A program made the position numbers and the translations under genes. Below the pieces are notes generated by a model. It did not search any database, was not told the DNA's origin, and worked only from the letters and a program-made list of their open reading frames with translations. This document shows positions 15,763 to 25,564 of a stretch of 28,171 nucleotides of DNA, one piece after another (positions within the stretch are counted from its first letter, which is position 1; each line of letters begins with the position of its first letter). Source of the DNA: an uncultured bacterium (GTDB lineage Bacteria > Hydrogenedentota > Hydrogenedentia > Hydrogenedentales > JAEUWI01); contig CAXBPH010000069.1 in assembly GCA_963977445.1 (NCBI GenBank), positions 1 through 28,171 of the forward strand, in the 5' to 3' direction.

Positions 15763-18700
15763 ATGAAAGGAACGTTCACGCTCATGGCCAACTTTGATGC
15801 CGAGCGCACTATCGAGTGCCAACAGATTGAGCGCCGCCTGGAAGAAATTCAGGCGACGATTTATAGCCAGCGCCAACCCATCGGTGCCTTGGAACATGTC
15901 GTGACGGGGCAGGGCCTTGGTCCGGAGCGGGTGCCTGCGTCTGGTTGGAAGCCCTTTGAAGTGGGACAGCGTTGGGGTGGCTATGATCAGACCACCTGGT
16001 TCCGCATGACCATGACCGTGCCCAAGGCCTTCAAAGGCCAGCGGGTCGTTGCGCTTATTCGTCCTTCCGGGGGCCATTTCACCCTCGGCGTGCCCTTTCT
16101 TTCGGCCGCCGGCGAAGGCATGGCCTTTGTCAATGGGAAGCCCTATTGCGGCCTTGATAAGTTCCACGACGAACTGGTTTTGGTGGAGAAGGCGAAGGGC
16201 GGCGAAAAATTCGAGATCGCGATTGAAGGCGTGCCCAGCACCCGCATCGACATAGAACACCACTTCCAATATGCCGACATGGCCATCCTCAATACAGCCG
16301 CCTGGGACCTCTATTGGGACCTCATGGTGCCCCTGAAGGTCTACAAGGAACTGGATACCAACTTTGCCCCCACGCGCCAGCTCATGGACCTGATTTCCAA
16401 GGCCGTCCGCATGGTGGACCTGCAACATGTGGGCACGGAGGCGTACTACGCTTCCTGCGCCAAGGCCAGCCGCTATCTCAAGAAAGAGCTCAAGAACTTC
16501 GAGCACAGCTACGGGATGGGCAAGCTCATTCTTACGGGCCACTCTCATATTGACACCGCCTGGCTCTGGCCCCTCCGCGAGACCCGTCGGAAAGTCGGCC
16601 GCACCTTCTCCACGGTGCTTCGCCTGATGGAGCGCTACCCGGAATATCACTTCTCCTGCAGCCAGCCCGAGCTCTACATGTATGTAAAAGAGCACTTTCC
16701 GGAAATCTGGAAAGGGATTAAGAAGCGTGTAAAAGAAGGGCGCTGGGAACCCTGCGGTGCCCCGTGGATCGAGCAGGACAGCAACATGCCCAGCGGCGAA
16801 TCCCTGGTCCGGCAGTTCCTCTATGGCAATCGCTTTTTTGAAGAAGAGTTTGGTATGCGCTCCCGCACGGCCTGGCTGCCCGATGCCTTCGGCTATCCCT
16901 GGTCCCTCCCCCAGATTCTCAAACAGTGCCAGATCGACACCTTTGTTACCACGAAGATCGATTGGAGCACTTTCACCAAGTTTCCCTACAGCATGTTCCA
17001 ATGGCAGGGAATCGATGGAACGCGAATTCGCGCCGTCATGCCCCCCATGAATTACAACGGCAATCCGGTGCCCGAAGAGCTGATTGCCCAGTGGAATAAG
17101 TTTAAGCAAAAAGACAAAGTGGAAGAACTGATCTTCCCCTTCGGCTGGGGCGATGGCGGTGGTGGTCCGACGCCGGAAATGATGGAACACGGTAAGCGGA
17201 TGAAGAATATCATCGGCGTGCCCCAGTGCGAGTTTGGTCGCACCCAGGACAGCCTGGATCGGATGAAAGAACAATGCACCGATGAGGCCTTGCCGGTCTA
17301 TAACGACGAACTCTATCTCGAACTCCACCGCGCGTGCCAGATTACCCAGGCCCGCACGAAATGGTTTAATCGTAAGATCGAAATCGACCTTCACGATGCA
17401 GAGATGCTGTCGGCCCTGGCCCACCTTGATGGCGGCACCTACGACAAGGATGCTTTCTGGGGCGTATGGCGCATCCTGCTGACCCACCAGTTCCACGATA
17501 TCCTGCCAGGTTCCTCCATCACCGAGGTGTATGTTCAGGCAGAAAAAGACTATGCCGCTATCCAGGAGCGCGTGCTCAACGTGTTGGGCAACGCCCTGCT
17601 CGAGTTGGGCCAGGGCATCGACACAAATGGCCCGGGTGCGCCGGTGGTTGTCTTCAATACCCTCTCCTGGGTGCGCAGCGATGTGGCCGAAGTGGCCGTG
17701 ACATTGCCCAAGGGCGCGTTCCACGTGGTGGCCGCCGATGGTACCGTGGTGCCCAGCCAGAAGATTGGCAAGGATACCCTGTTGATTGCGACGGAGAACG
17801 TTCCGCCTCTCGGCCATGGGGTGTATCACGTGGTGTCCGGCAAAGGGCAGCCTGCCACCGAGTCCACGCTGACCGTGACCGATAAATTGTTGGAGAATGA
17901 GTACCTCCGCGTGAAGTTTGACCGCGACGGTGCGTTTACCAGCATATTCGACAAAGTCGAAGGGCGCGAAGTGTTGCAGAAAGGCCAGAAGGGCAACGAA
18001 CTCCAGCTCTTTGATGATAGGCCCTTTGACCACGATGCGTGGGAAATGGACCACAATTTTGACGAAGAAGAGCAGTGGGCACCGGGTAAGGCCGAGTCCA
18101 TTGATGTCGTCGAAGCCGGGCCCATACGGGGCATCGTTCGGTTTGTCCGGCGTACGGAAAAGAGCGTCATCACCCAGGACATTACCTTGTGCGCTGACAG
18201 TCCCCGCATCGAAGTGCAGACCCACGTGGACTGGCACGAGAAACGGGTACTGATGAAGGTGGCCTTCCCCGTCGATGTGCTCAGCCATCGTGCGACCTAC
18301 GATATCCAATACGGTACTATCGAACGGGCGACCCACGAAAGCCGCGAACACGAACGTGCGCGCTTTGAAGTGACGGGTCATCACTGGGCCGACCTGTCCG
18401 AAGGCAACTATGGCGTCAGCCTGCTCAACGACTGTAAATACAGCTACGACATCAAGGAAAGCACCATGCGTCTTTCCCTGCTCCGCGCCCCCGTCCATCC
18501 CGACGAAAACGCGGATCAGGGCGAACACGAAATGGTCTATGCCCTCTATCCCCACGGTGGGGACTGGCGCAATGGCACGGTACAGCAGGGCTACGAGATG
18601 AACGTGCCCCTTGTCGCCATGGCTATGGAAGGCCAGGGGGGCGCTACGGCGGCCTCCTTCGCGAGTCTGGATACGGACAACGTCATTCTGGATGCGGTGA

Positions 18701-18912
18701 AGAAGCACGAGGATTCTGACGCGCTAATTGTCCGTCTCTTCGAGACCTATGGCCAGCGCGGCGATGTGACGCTGACCTTTGCCAAGACCCCGAAATCGGT
18801 CACCCTCTGTGACATGATGGAAGAGAATGATGTAGCGATAAAATTCAAAGGTAATGAAGTGCCCTTGTATTTCACGCCTTACGAGATCAAATCGTTGAAA
18901 GTCACTTTCTAA
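15763..18912 (+). CDS. Alpha-mannosidase, glycoside hydrolase family 38
   Basis: GHSHIDTAWLWP Zn motif, WLPDAFGY nucleophile motif, GWGDGGGGP, LYLELHR, HQFHDILPGSSI, and C-terminal LLNDCKY / RLSLLR. Confidence 0.97.
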   Translation: MKGTFTLMANFDAERTIECQQIERRLEEIQATIYSQRQPIGALEHVVTGQGLGPERVPASGWKPFEVGQRWGGYDQTTWFRMTMTVPKAFKGQRVVALIRPSGGHFTLGVPFLSAAGEGMAFVNGKPYCGLDKFHDELVLVEKAKGGEKFEIAIEGVPSTRIDIEHHFQYADMAILNTAAWDLYWDLMVPLKVYKELDTNFAPTRQLMDLISKAVRMVDLQHVGTEAYYASCAKASRYLKKELKNFEHSYGMGKLILTGHSHIDTAWLWPLRETRRKVGRTFSTVLRLMERYPEYHFSCSQPELYMYVKEHFPEIWKGIKKRVKEGRWEPCGAPWIEQDSNMPSGESLVRQFLYGNRFFEEEFGMRSRTAWLPDAFGYPWSLPQILKQCQIDTFVTTKIDWSTFTKFPYSMFQWQGIDGTRIRAVMPPMNYNGNPVPEELIAQWNKFKQKDKVEELIFPFGWGDGGGGPTPEMMEHGKRMKNIIGVPQCEFGRTQDSLDRMKEQCTDEALPVYNDELYLELHRACQITQARTKWFNRKIEIDLHDAEMLSALAHLDGGTYDKDAFWGVWRILLTHQFHDILPGSSITEVYVQAEKDYAAIQERVLNVLGNALLELGQGIDTNGPGAPVVVFNTLSWVRSDVAEVAVTLPKGAFHVVAADGTVVPSQKIGKDTLLIATENVPPLGHGVYHVVSGKGQPATESTLTVTDKLLENEYLRVKFDRDGAFTSIFDKVEGREVLQKGQKGNELQLFDDRPFDHDAWEMDHNFDEEEQWAPGKAESIDVVEAGPIRGIVRFVRRTEKSVITQDITLCADSPRIEVQTHVDWHEKRVLMKVAFPVDVLSHRATYDIQYGTIERATHESREHERARFEVTGHHWADLSEGNYGVSLLNDCKYSYDIKESTMRLSLLRAPVHPDENADQGEHEMVYALYPHGGDWRNGTVQQGYEMNVPLVAMAMEGQGGATAASFASLDTDNVILDAVKKHEDSDALIVRLFETYGQRGDVTLTFAKTPKSVTLCDMMEENDVAIKFKGNEVPLYFTPYEIKSLKVTF

Positions 18913-18938
18913 GAGACAATAGACTCGATTGCATTGGG

Positions 18939-18976
18939 CCCCCGGTGAGTGTTGAGCTTGCCGGGGGATTTTTATT
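18939..18976 (+). terminator. Rho-independent terminator after GH38
   Basis: CCCCCGGTGAGT / GCTTGCCGGGGG stem (G-U allowed), followed by ATTTTTATT. Confidence 0.7.
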
Positions 18977-20921
18977 GCTGCCCCGGTGCCCCAAGGGGTG
19001 TTTCCGCCGCTGGCTCGTGATGTTCGCGGGGTGGTATGCGATAGAGGCTGTATTCGCTCCCCGGAAGGAGTTTGTCCAAGGGCAGCTCCATAAAGCTGCG
19101 GGCGATAACGTAGACCAGGTCATACTTTTCAGAGAGATGCTGCCACTCTTCCAGAGATTTTGCGGGCCATACTTCATGCCAGGCCAGGGGCGGCGGCGTG
19201 ACGTCGGGGTCCAGTGACATGCCATAAAAGTCCTGAAAGATCGCGTTGACTGCCGGTGCCAGCGGGGGACGATAGATGCCGTGAAACATGGTTGCCATAT
19301 CGGCCATCACCGGGTGACCCAGTTGCATCTGCATGCCCGCCTGTTGGTGGGGCACAAGAATCATGGCCTTATCGTCGCCTTCGTGCTGGAGGTACGCCGC
19401 CACCTCTAGAAGAAAATGACTGCTTCGCAGATGCGCGCGAGCTTCCCCTTGTTTCGCGAGCATGGCAAGAATCATCACGGCGACCAGGCTGGATGTCGCG
19501 AGCTTCAGGTGCCGGGCGCTTACCTGTGGCAGGGCCGGAAGCAAGGGGAGGAGGGCCCCCACCAACAGGCAGGCCGCACCAAACTGGTGATACCAACCCA
19601 GGGCGGCGATGGAGAGTAGCAGAGCCAATCCCGACGCGGCACCCGCCCGCCGGTCCAGTCGACCGATGCGGATAGCGGTGGAGGTCGTGGCGGCGCCATA
19701 GAGGACGAAGAAAAGATATTCACCGGCGCTCACATACCGTTCCACCAGTGTCACGGCGAGTCCGAGATGAAGCAGGGGGGCGAGTAGGGCGATCAGCATG
19801 AGGGGGGGGAACCAGCCTGGAATTTTATTGTCCCGACGGAAGCAAAGGGCGATTAGAAGCGGAATGAGCAGGGGCGCGATGTGATTCATCAGCCGATAGG
19901 GCAGCCAGCCCACGAGGATATAGGGAACGTCTGGGCCGTAGCTGCGATGGGCAAGCATGACCAGCCATACGGTGCTGGTGGCCACGGCCATGTAAAAACA
20001 GGCCCAGTCACTGGGAGATTTTCCGTCGAAGAGCGATGTATTGTTCGTGCTGCGCACCCGAAGCCATCGGAGGGCAACACCGTGGACGAAGAGGAGCATG
20101 GCCCCGATTAATACGAGATGTCCCGTCGTGTAGGGTATTGCGCGGTGGCTGGCGTAGCGTTCCATGAAGGTGTGCCAGAGCACCATGGGATCGGTGGGCG
20201 TGAAATAGGGGCCCGTCGTTGGTGGGGCTACGGCGATACCCCGCAAGTACACGGCGAAGGCCAGGCACGCGACAAGCCCGGGGACGATGGCCCAGAGGAA
20301 GGGCATGATTTCCCGCCGGCGACCTTGGTAAAGGTTCCAGCCAACGTAGGCCACTGCCGTCGCAAGGAGGGGCGGGAATTGGCCGAGGTGCACCAGGGGG
20401 GCGAAGCCCAGGAGCAGTCCGGCCACTCGGAGCCGTTGGCTTGCCAGTGCCCAGAGGGTCAACAGCATATAGCCCAACCCGATGGGGCCATTGGAAAAAA
20501 TCTCAGGCCATACCGCAACCGGATAGGAGCTGTAAAAAGAGATATGAATGCCCAATAGGAGGAAGATGACCGCACTGTGGCCCCCAACGGCCCGCTTCGA
20601 CAACAGGGCACCCCAGAGGTAGATGGGTATGGTGGATGCCATGAGAAACAGCACGTTACGCACGCCGTTGGCCCAGAGGGGATCGGGAAAGAAGTGCATG
20701 AAGGCCGCCAGACTGAAGGGCTGAAGGCTGAAGAAGCTGTGGACGTATTGGTAGAGGGGGTGCCCCTGGGGAAAGGGAATCTGGCCAAGAATAACCTGGG
20801 CGAATTCATAATCTTCATCCCAGCGAACACCCCGTATGATGACGGCCAGGATGGAGAATGCGCCCCAGAAGAGGATGCCCGTGCGCAGGGGATGTCGGGT
20901 AAAGAGAGAAGAGAATTTCAT
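18972..20921 (-). CDS. Polytopic membrane protein, probable GT-C-type glycosyltransferase (paralog A)
   Basis: More than 10 TMs, an acidic pair RWDE in the loop after TM1, PLVHLGQ and a soluble C-terminal domain. The start is probably the ATG at 20921. The function is inferred. Confidence 0.7.
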   Translation of the reverse strand: MKFSSLFTRHPLRTGILFWGAFSILAVIIRGVRWDEDYEFAQVILGQIPFPQGHPLYQYVHSFFSLQPFSLAAFMHFFPDPLWANGVRNVLFLMASTIPIYLWGALLSKRAVGGHSAVIFLLLGIHISFYSSYPVAVWPEIFSNGPIGLGYMLLTLWALASQRLRVAGLLLGFAPLVHLGQFPPLLATAVAYVGWNLYQGRRREIMPFLWAIVPGLVACLAFAVYLRGIAVAPPTTGPYFTPTDPMVLWHTFMERYASHRAIPYTTGHLVLIGAMLLFVHGVALRWLRVRSTNNTSLFDGKSPSDWACFYMAVATSTVWLVMLAHRSYGPDVPYILVGWLPYRLMNHIAPLLIPLLIALCFRRDNKIPGWFPPLMLIALLAPLLHLGLAVTLVERYVSAGEYLFFVLYGAATTSTAIRIGRLDRRAGAASGLALLLSIAALGWYHQFGAACLLVGALLPLLPALPQVSARHLKLATSSLVAVMILAMLAKQGEARAHLRSSHFLLEVAAYLQHEGDDKAMILVPHQQAGMQMQLGHPVMADMATMFHGIYRPPLAPAVNAIFQDFYGMSLDPDVTPPPLAWHEVWPAKSLEEWQHLSEKYDLVYVIARSFMELPLDKLLPGSEYSLYRIPPREHHEPAAETPLGAPGQQ

Positions 20922-21099
20922 AAAGCAACCCGGTTGTGGTTCAGGTAGGCGTCCGCGATAGACGTGGTTATAGTGCGTCAATCAGAATCATGGCTTCAAC
21001 TCTCTACTTAATTGTCCTTCAGAAAGGTATACTTGTCTGACGCACTACGAGACTTCGCAGCATCGTGGTGCCGGTATCGACCCGGAGAATGAGGTCCAG

Positions 21100-21774
21100 G
21101 TGACAATAGACAAACAAATATACCGAACTCGATTCGGTCAGGAAGAAATGGGTGGGCGAATTGAACTTTGGCAGGTCCTTTGCCAAAACTGGTTTTCCCG
21201 CTATGTGCCTGTCGACGGCGTAACGCTGGACCTGGGTGCAGGGGCCTGTGAGTTCATCAACAACATCGTGTCTGTGAAGAAATATGCCATCGATCACAAT
21301 CCCGATGTGACCTCTTTCGCTGGGGCCGATGTTACGTGCATTGTGGCTGAGTTGGAAGTCGGGCTCCAGTCGCTGGAAGACAACCACGTGGATCGTATCG
21401 TCGTAAGCAATGTATTGGAGCATCTTCCCAATCGGGAATGCCTCTACGCGGTCCTGGCCGAGTGTTATCGCGTGCTTAAACCCGGGGGCAAAATTATTGT
21501 CATGCAGCCCAATATCCGCGTGGTGAAGGAGCGTTTCTATGACTACTCCGATCACTCTCTGCCGCTCACGGAAAAAGGCATGGCAGAGGCGCTGGCGTCC
21601 AACGGATTTTCCATCGAAGAGTTACGGGCCCGTTTTCTGCCCTACACCACCAAGAGTCGCTACCCCCGGTGGCCCGCTCTCGTGCGGCTCTATCTTCGGT
21701 GTCGTCCGGCCCATTGGTTCATGGGGGGCCAAATGTTCATCGTGGGTCAAAAGGGCGATGGCGCCGACAACTGA
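21100..21774 (+). CDS. Class I SAM-dependent methyltransferase
   Basis: Motif I LDLGAGACEF, SNVLEHL and RVLKPGGKII. GTG start with a GAGG SD. Confidence 0.92.
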   Translation: MTIDKQIYRTRFGQEEMGGRIELWQVLCQNWFSRYVPVDGVTLDLGAGACEFINNIVSVKKYAIDHNPDVTSFAGADVTCIVAELEVGLQSLEDNHVDRIVVSNVLEHLPNRECLYAVLAECYRVLKPGGKIIVMQPNIRVVKERFYDYSDHSLPLTEKGMAEALASNGFSIEELRARFLPYTTKSRYPRWPALVRLYLRCRPAHWFMGGQMFIVGQKGDGADN

Positions 21775-21789
21775 CCGGGCAGGGTGCAC

Positions 21790-23673
21790 TCAGTTTTGTG
21801 GGATTTCGTAGAGCACCAATCCGTCACCCCGTTTGCACTCCGGTAGATGCAGTGGGTAGAAGGTCTTGCTGAGCACATAGCGGAACCCATAGGCTTTCCC
21901 CAATTCCTGCCACTCTTCCGTGCTGCGTTCTTGCCACAACTCCCAGTCATACCAGTGGTCATCGGTGACGCCATAGAGGTCGCCGAAGAGCTTTTCGATG
22001 GTGGTCGACAGGGATTGCATGTAGGACATGAACTGGCGGGTTTCAAAGGTGGCGACGACAGGCCGGTTGAGCACCATCTGATAGTGTTCTTCGAGGGGAG
22101 TTAATACCATCGCGTCGGGCGCACTGTTTTCTGCCAGGTACGCGGCCAATTCCGCTTCAAAGGGGGAGATGGGCAGGTGTTCCCGGTGCGTCCACTCCTG
22201 GCCAAGCACATTGCCCAGGCTCACGAGGCCCAGGAGCAGGGCAAGGGCGGTGCCAAGGTGTCGTGGCAGCCGGATTGTGATTCTGAATCGATTGTCGGCG
22301 ATGCCCAGGGCGAGGCCCGCCAGGACCGTTGCCGCCGCCACTTGATGATAGAGGGCGAGGCCCAGGATGCCTGCGGCGAGGCCGACGCCCCATACGGTGC
22401 GACACCGACGAAATTCAGAAAACTCGTTCCAGAGGGCAGGTAGCATGCCTCCGGTGAGCAGAAAGAGAGCGGTTTCCGTAGCGGAAAAATAGCGGTTTGC
22501 GAGGGCTTCGGGCAGCAACAGCGACCAGAGCGGCAAGGCCGCGAGCCAGGCCAGCGACGCAAGGGCGGCAATCGTCACGTTGCCCTCACGCAGACAGGCC
22601 CGCGCGCCTGCAACACAGAGGAGCAGCATGGAAACGTGAATGATTAGCCGGTAGGGCATCCAGCTGACCACGACATAGGGCACATCGGTTCCCGTGAACT
22701 GGTGCACGAGGCGGGCAAACCAGACGGCGGCGATGGAGAGCAGGGCGTAGGTGACCAGGATTCGCCATGGTCCGCGTACGGTTTTTCGGGTAACTTCCCT
22801 CAGGGCGAGGGGCCATGCGATGAGCAACACGGCAATCAGGGCGATGTTGCTGTTGCCCAGTCGACCAAAGCGGGGCCAATCGGTCAGGGCACGATGCATG
22901 TCTTCATTCGTAGTATAGGTTGCCCAGATGGCCTGGCCATCCTTAGCCGAGTAATAGGCGCCCTCGGTGGGATCGGGTACCACTACCGATTGTTGGGCCA
23001 CGGCAAAGATAACGCAGCAACAGAAGCCAACACTCGCCCACGTGACCAGACGCCTCAAGGCGGTGAAATCGCGGGTGTAGACCAGCCATCCCATGGTCGC
23101 CAGGGTGGTCAGTAGAATCATGGGCCATTGGCCGAGGTGCACCAGGGGCATGAGGCCAAAGAGGATACCGGCCCAGCGCCACCGGGAAGCGGAGAGGGCA
23201 ATCAATACGGCAAAAGCCCAGCCCATACCGATGATGCCACTTGTGGCCTTGGTCGCCCAGGGAGAAATGGGCATATAGCTCTGGAAGAAGGTGTTGGCCC
23301 CGACGAAACCCAGCAGCGTAGCCATATGAGCCGCCGCGGCCCGTCGCGTCAGCACCCAGGTTAATAAATAGATTGGGACATGTATCGCGATGGTCGCAAT
23401 GAATTGACGTCCCCCACATACCAACAAGGCGCTATCGGTCAACCAGAGGGCTGCGGCCGAGAGGTAATAGTGAATGGAGAAGGCGTTCCAAAACCACCGC
23501 AGGTTGGGGTGACCCTCGGGATAGGGGGTGATGTTGAGGAGCACCTGGGCGCGCTCATAGCCTTCTTCCCAGCGCACGCCCCGAAGCACGACGGCTAGGA
23601 AACACAGGCTTATCCAGAAGATCAGGCCGCCCCAGAAGGCACGGGGGGAATAGTTTTTTTCGGGGGCATCCAT
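21790..23673 (-). CDS. Polytopic membrane protein, probable GT-C-type glycosyltransferase (paralog B)
   Basis: Colinear similarity with 18972-20921: RGVRWEEGYERAQV, GHP, PLVHLGQ, DVPY..V.W.PYRL, EEWQ.L...Y. The start is probably the ATG at 23673. Confidence 0.7.
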   Translation of the reverse strand: MDAPEKNYSPRAFWGGLIFWISLCFLAVVLRGVRWEEGYERAQVLLNITPYPEGHPNLRWFWNAFSIHYYLSAAALWLTDSALLVCGGRQFIATIAIHVPIYLLTWVLTRRAAAAHMATLLGFVGANTFFQSYMPISPWATKATSGIIGMGWAFAVLIALSASRWRWAGILFGLMPLVHLGQWPMILLTTLATMGWLVYTRDFTALRRLVTWASVGFCCCVIFAVAQQSVVVPDPTEGAYYSAKDGQAIWATYTTNEDMHRALTDWPRFGRLGNSNIALIAVLLIAWPLALREVTRKTVRGPWRILVTYALLSIAAVWFARLVHQFTGTDVPYVVVSWMPYRLIIHVSMLLLCVAGARACLREGNVTIAALASLAWLAALPLWSLLLPEALANRYFSATETALFLLTGGMLPALWNEFSEFRRCRTVWGVGLAAGILGLALYHQVAAATVLAGLALGIADNRFRITIRLPRHLGTALALLLGLVSLGNVLGQEWTHREHLPISPFEAELAAYLAENSAPDAMVLTPLEEHYQMVLNRPVVATFETRQFMSYMQSLSTTIEKLFGDLYGVTDDHWYDWELWQERSTEEWQELGKAYGFRYVLSKTFYPLHLPECKRGDGLVLYEIPQN

Positions 23674-23767
23674 GGGGTGTGAAACGTCCTTGTATAACAC
23701 CGGGTAGCGGGATCGGCGCTGGCTACTCTACGCCGCCGTTCTCACAGGATGCAAACCCTTGGCTGCA

Positions 23768-25267
23768 CTACAGCATCCGTTTCAGGGCACTCTCTTCCAC
23801 GTCGCGGTATACGTAGTCTGATTCGGCGAGATGATTCCGAAAGTCCTGGTGAAATTCCAAGGTTTCAAATTCAAAGCCGATGAGGGCGCGGCCCACCTGC
23901 TCGCCCGAGTAGATATAATTGAAATAGCAGATGCTGTTTCGGGTCTGGGCAGTCTGCAGAAATTCACGCAAGGCACCCGCCCGCTCCGGGAACTCCAGGG
24001 TGATGAAGTAGGGATTTCGGAAGAGCTGGGGTTCATAGTTAATGATGCGAAACTCCACATCGGCCTTTGAGGTAACGTCCACGTGGGGAATCTGTTGTTC
24101 CGTGAGCCGTTCGTCGAGTTCCTGCAGGGCCGTCGGCATGGCCTCAAAGCCAATCACCGGGAAGGCGGTGGCTTCGCCGATCTTGCCATATTGGATTTCG
24201 ATGATATTGATGCCGTCCAGGATGCTTTCCAGCAGATGGAGGAGGCCCCCCGGCACTTCGGCCATCTCGAAACGATAGTAACGCCGCCGTGCTGCGCCGA
24301 TGCCCGCGTGGTGGGCAATCCAGCCGAGCTGGTCAAAATCCACGTTGGCCCCACAAAGGACCGCCAGCACTTTTTTGCCGCCGAGGGAATCTCGTTGTTT
24401 CATGAGCCCCGCCAGACCCATGGCACCGGAAGGTTCGGGTATGGAGCGGCAGGTATTCCAAAGGACTTCAATGGCCGCAGAGACTTCTTCATTGGTGACG
24501 GTGATGAATTCGTCGATGAGTTCTGCACACAAAGGATAGGTCAGGTTACCCGCCTTCTTTACCGCTGTGCCGTCGCAGAATACATCGACATAATCGAGGG
24601 TCACCGGCTTGCCCGCCTTCACCGCCGCCGCCATGCTCGCCTGGTCGACCCCTTCCACGCCCACAATGTGAATGTCGGGGTAATAGGCGCGCAACCAGCA
24701 CGCCACGGCCGCCGCCATGCCGCCCCCACCAATCTGAAGATAGGCCACATCGAAGGGGCCCTGTCCACTCATGACGATTTCATCGGCGATGGTGCCCTGG
24801 CCGCCCATGGTGGCGAGGTGGTCATAGGGGTGGACAAAGGTGAGTTGCTCCGTCTCGGCATAGGCCAGGGCGGCACCTGCGGCATCGCTGTAGGAGTCGC
24901 CCGTAAGGATGATTTCGACCCACTCCTGACCATGCCGCTTTACTTCCGTCTGCTTCATGCGTGGCGTTGAAACGGGCATATAGATACGGGCCTGAATACC
25001 GAGTTTCCGGGCCGCAAGGGCCACGCCCTGGGCATGGTTGCCCGCCGAGGCACAGACGACGCCCCGTTGGCGCTCTTCGGGGCTGAGGAGGGCCATGCGG
25101 TTATAGGCCCCCCGCCATTTATAGGCGTGGATAGGAGAAAGGTCTTCCCGCTTGATGAAAACCCGTGCGTCGAAGGGAAGGGAGATCTCTTCCAGGGGTG
25201 TCGGCTGGCCCACGGCGTAGACACGTTGCCGGGCCATGAGTATTTCCTGAAAAAGTGCGTCGCGCAT
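23768..25267 (-). CDS. ilvA: Threonine ammonia-lyase, biosynthetic (PLP), with C-terminal regulatory domains
   Basis: KREDLSPIHAYKWRGAYN (PLP Lys), ASAGNHAQGVA, GQGT, IGGGGM, CGANVDFD, and tandem ACT-like domains (FPERAGALREF). Confidence 0.95.
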   Translation of the reverse strand: MRDALFQEILMARQRVYAVGQPTPLEEISLPFDARVFIKREDLSPIHAYKWRGAYNRMALLSPEERQRGVVCASAGNHAQGVALAARKLGIQARIYMPVSTPRMKQTEVKRHGQEWVEIILTGDSYSDAAGAALAYAETEQLTFVHPYDHLATMGGQGTIADEIVMSGQGPFDVAYLQIGGGGMAAAVACWLRAYYPDIHIVGVEGVDQASMAAAVKAGKPVTLDYVDVFCDGTAVKKAGNLTYPLCAELIDEFITVTNEEVSAAIEVLWNTCRSIPEPSGAMGLAGLMKQRDSLGGKKVLAVLCGANVDFDQLGWIAHHAGIGAARRRYYRFEMAEVPGGLLHLLESILDGINIIEIQYGKIGEATAFPVIGFEAMPTALQELDERLTEQQIPHVDVTSKADVEFRIINYEPQLFRNPYFITLEFPERAGALREFLQTAQTRNSICYFNYIYSGEQVGRALIGFEFETLEFHQDFRNHLAESDYVYRDVEESALKRML

Positions 25268-25564
25268 GGGAGGTCATCTTTCGTTGGGGTGATGCAAGGT
25301 CACGACAGTTTACTGGAAGTGGCCACGGTATTTCCCGGTGAGGGGTGCGGGAAAGCAGAGGTCGCTTTTGCGGTGCCCCCGAAGGAGCACGCAGTAATAA
25401 GCGCATGTGGCATTTCACAGGGATATGCGCATTTGTCATTGGGACGTATGGGACCGATGGAGATGTGCCAAACCCCTTGGCGTGAATCAACTCAACCACT
25501 ATGATCAGTGATGACGGGAGGGAAGGGGTTATTCCTCGACTAAGCCACCCCATCGGAGGGGCCA

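Noticed and set aside
15760..18708. 982-aa antisense ORF opposite the GH38 gene
   Set aside because: It is a codon-aligned shadow ORF expected from GC-rich codon bias, with no protein motifs. The same applies to other antisense ORFs such as 4784-5758, 24083-24970 and 27406-28128.
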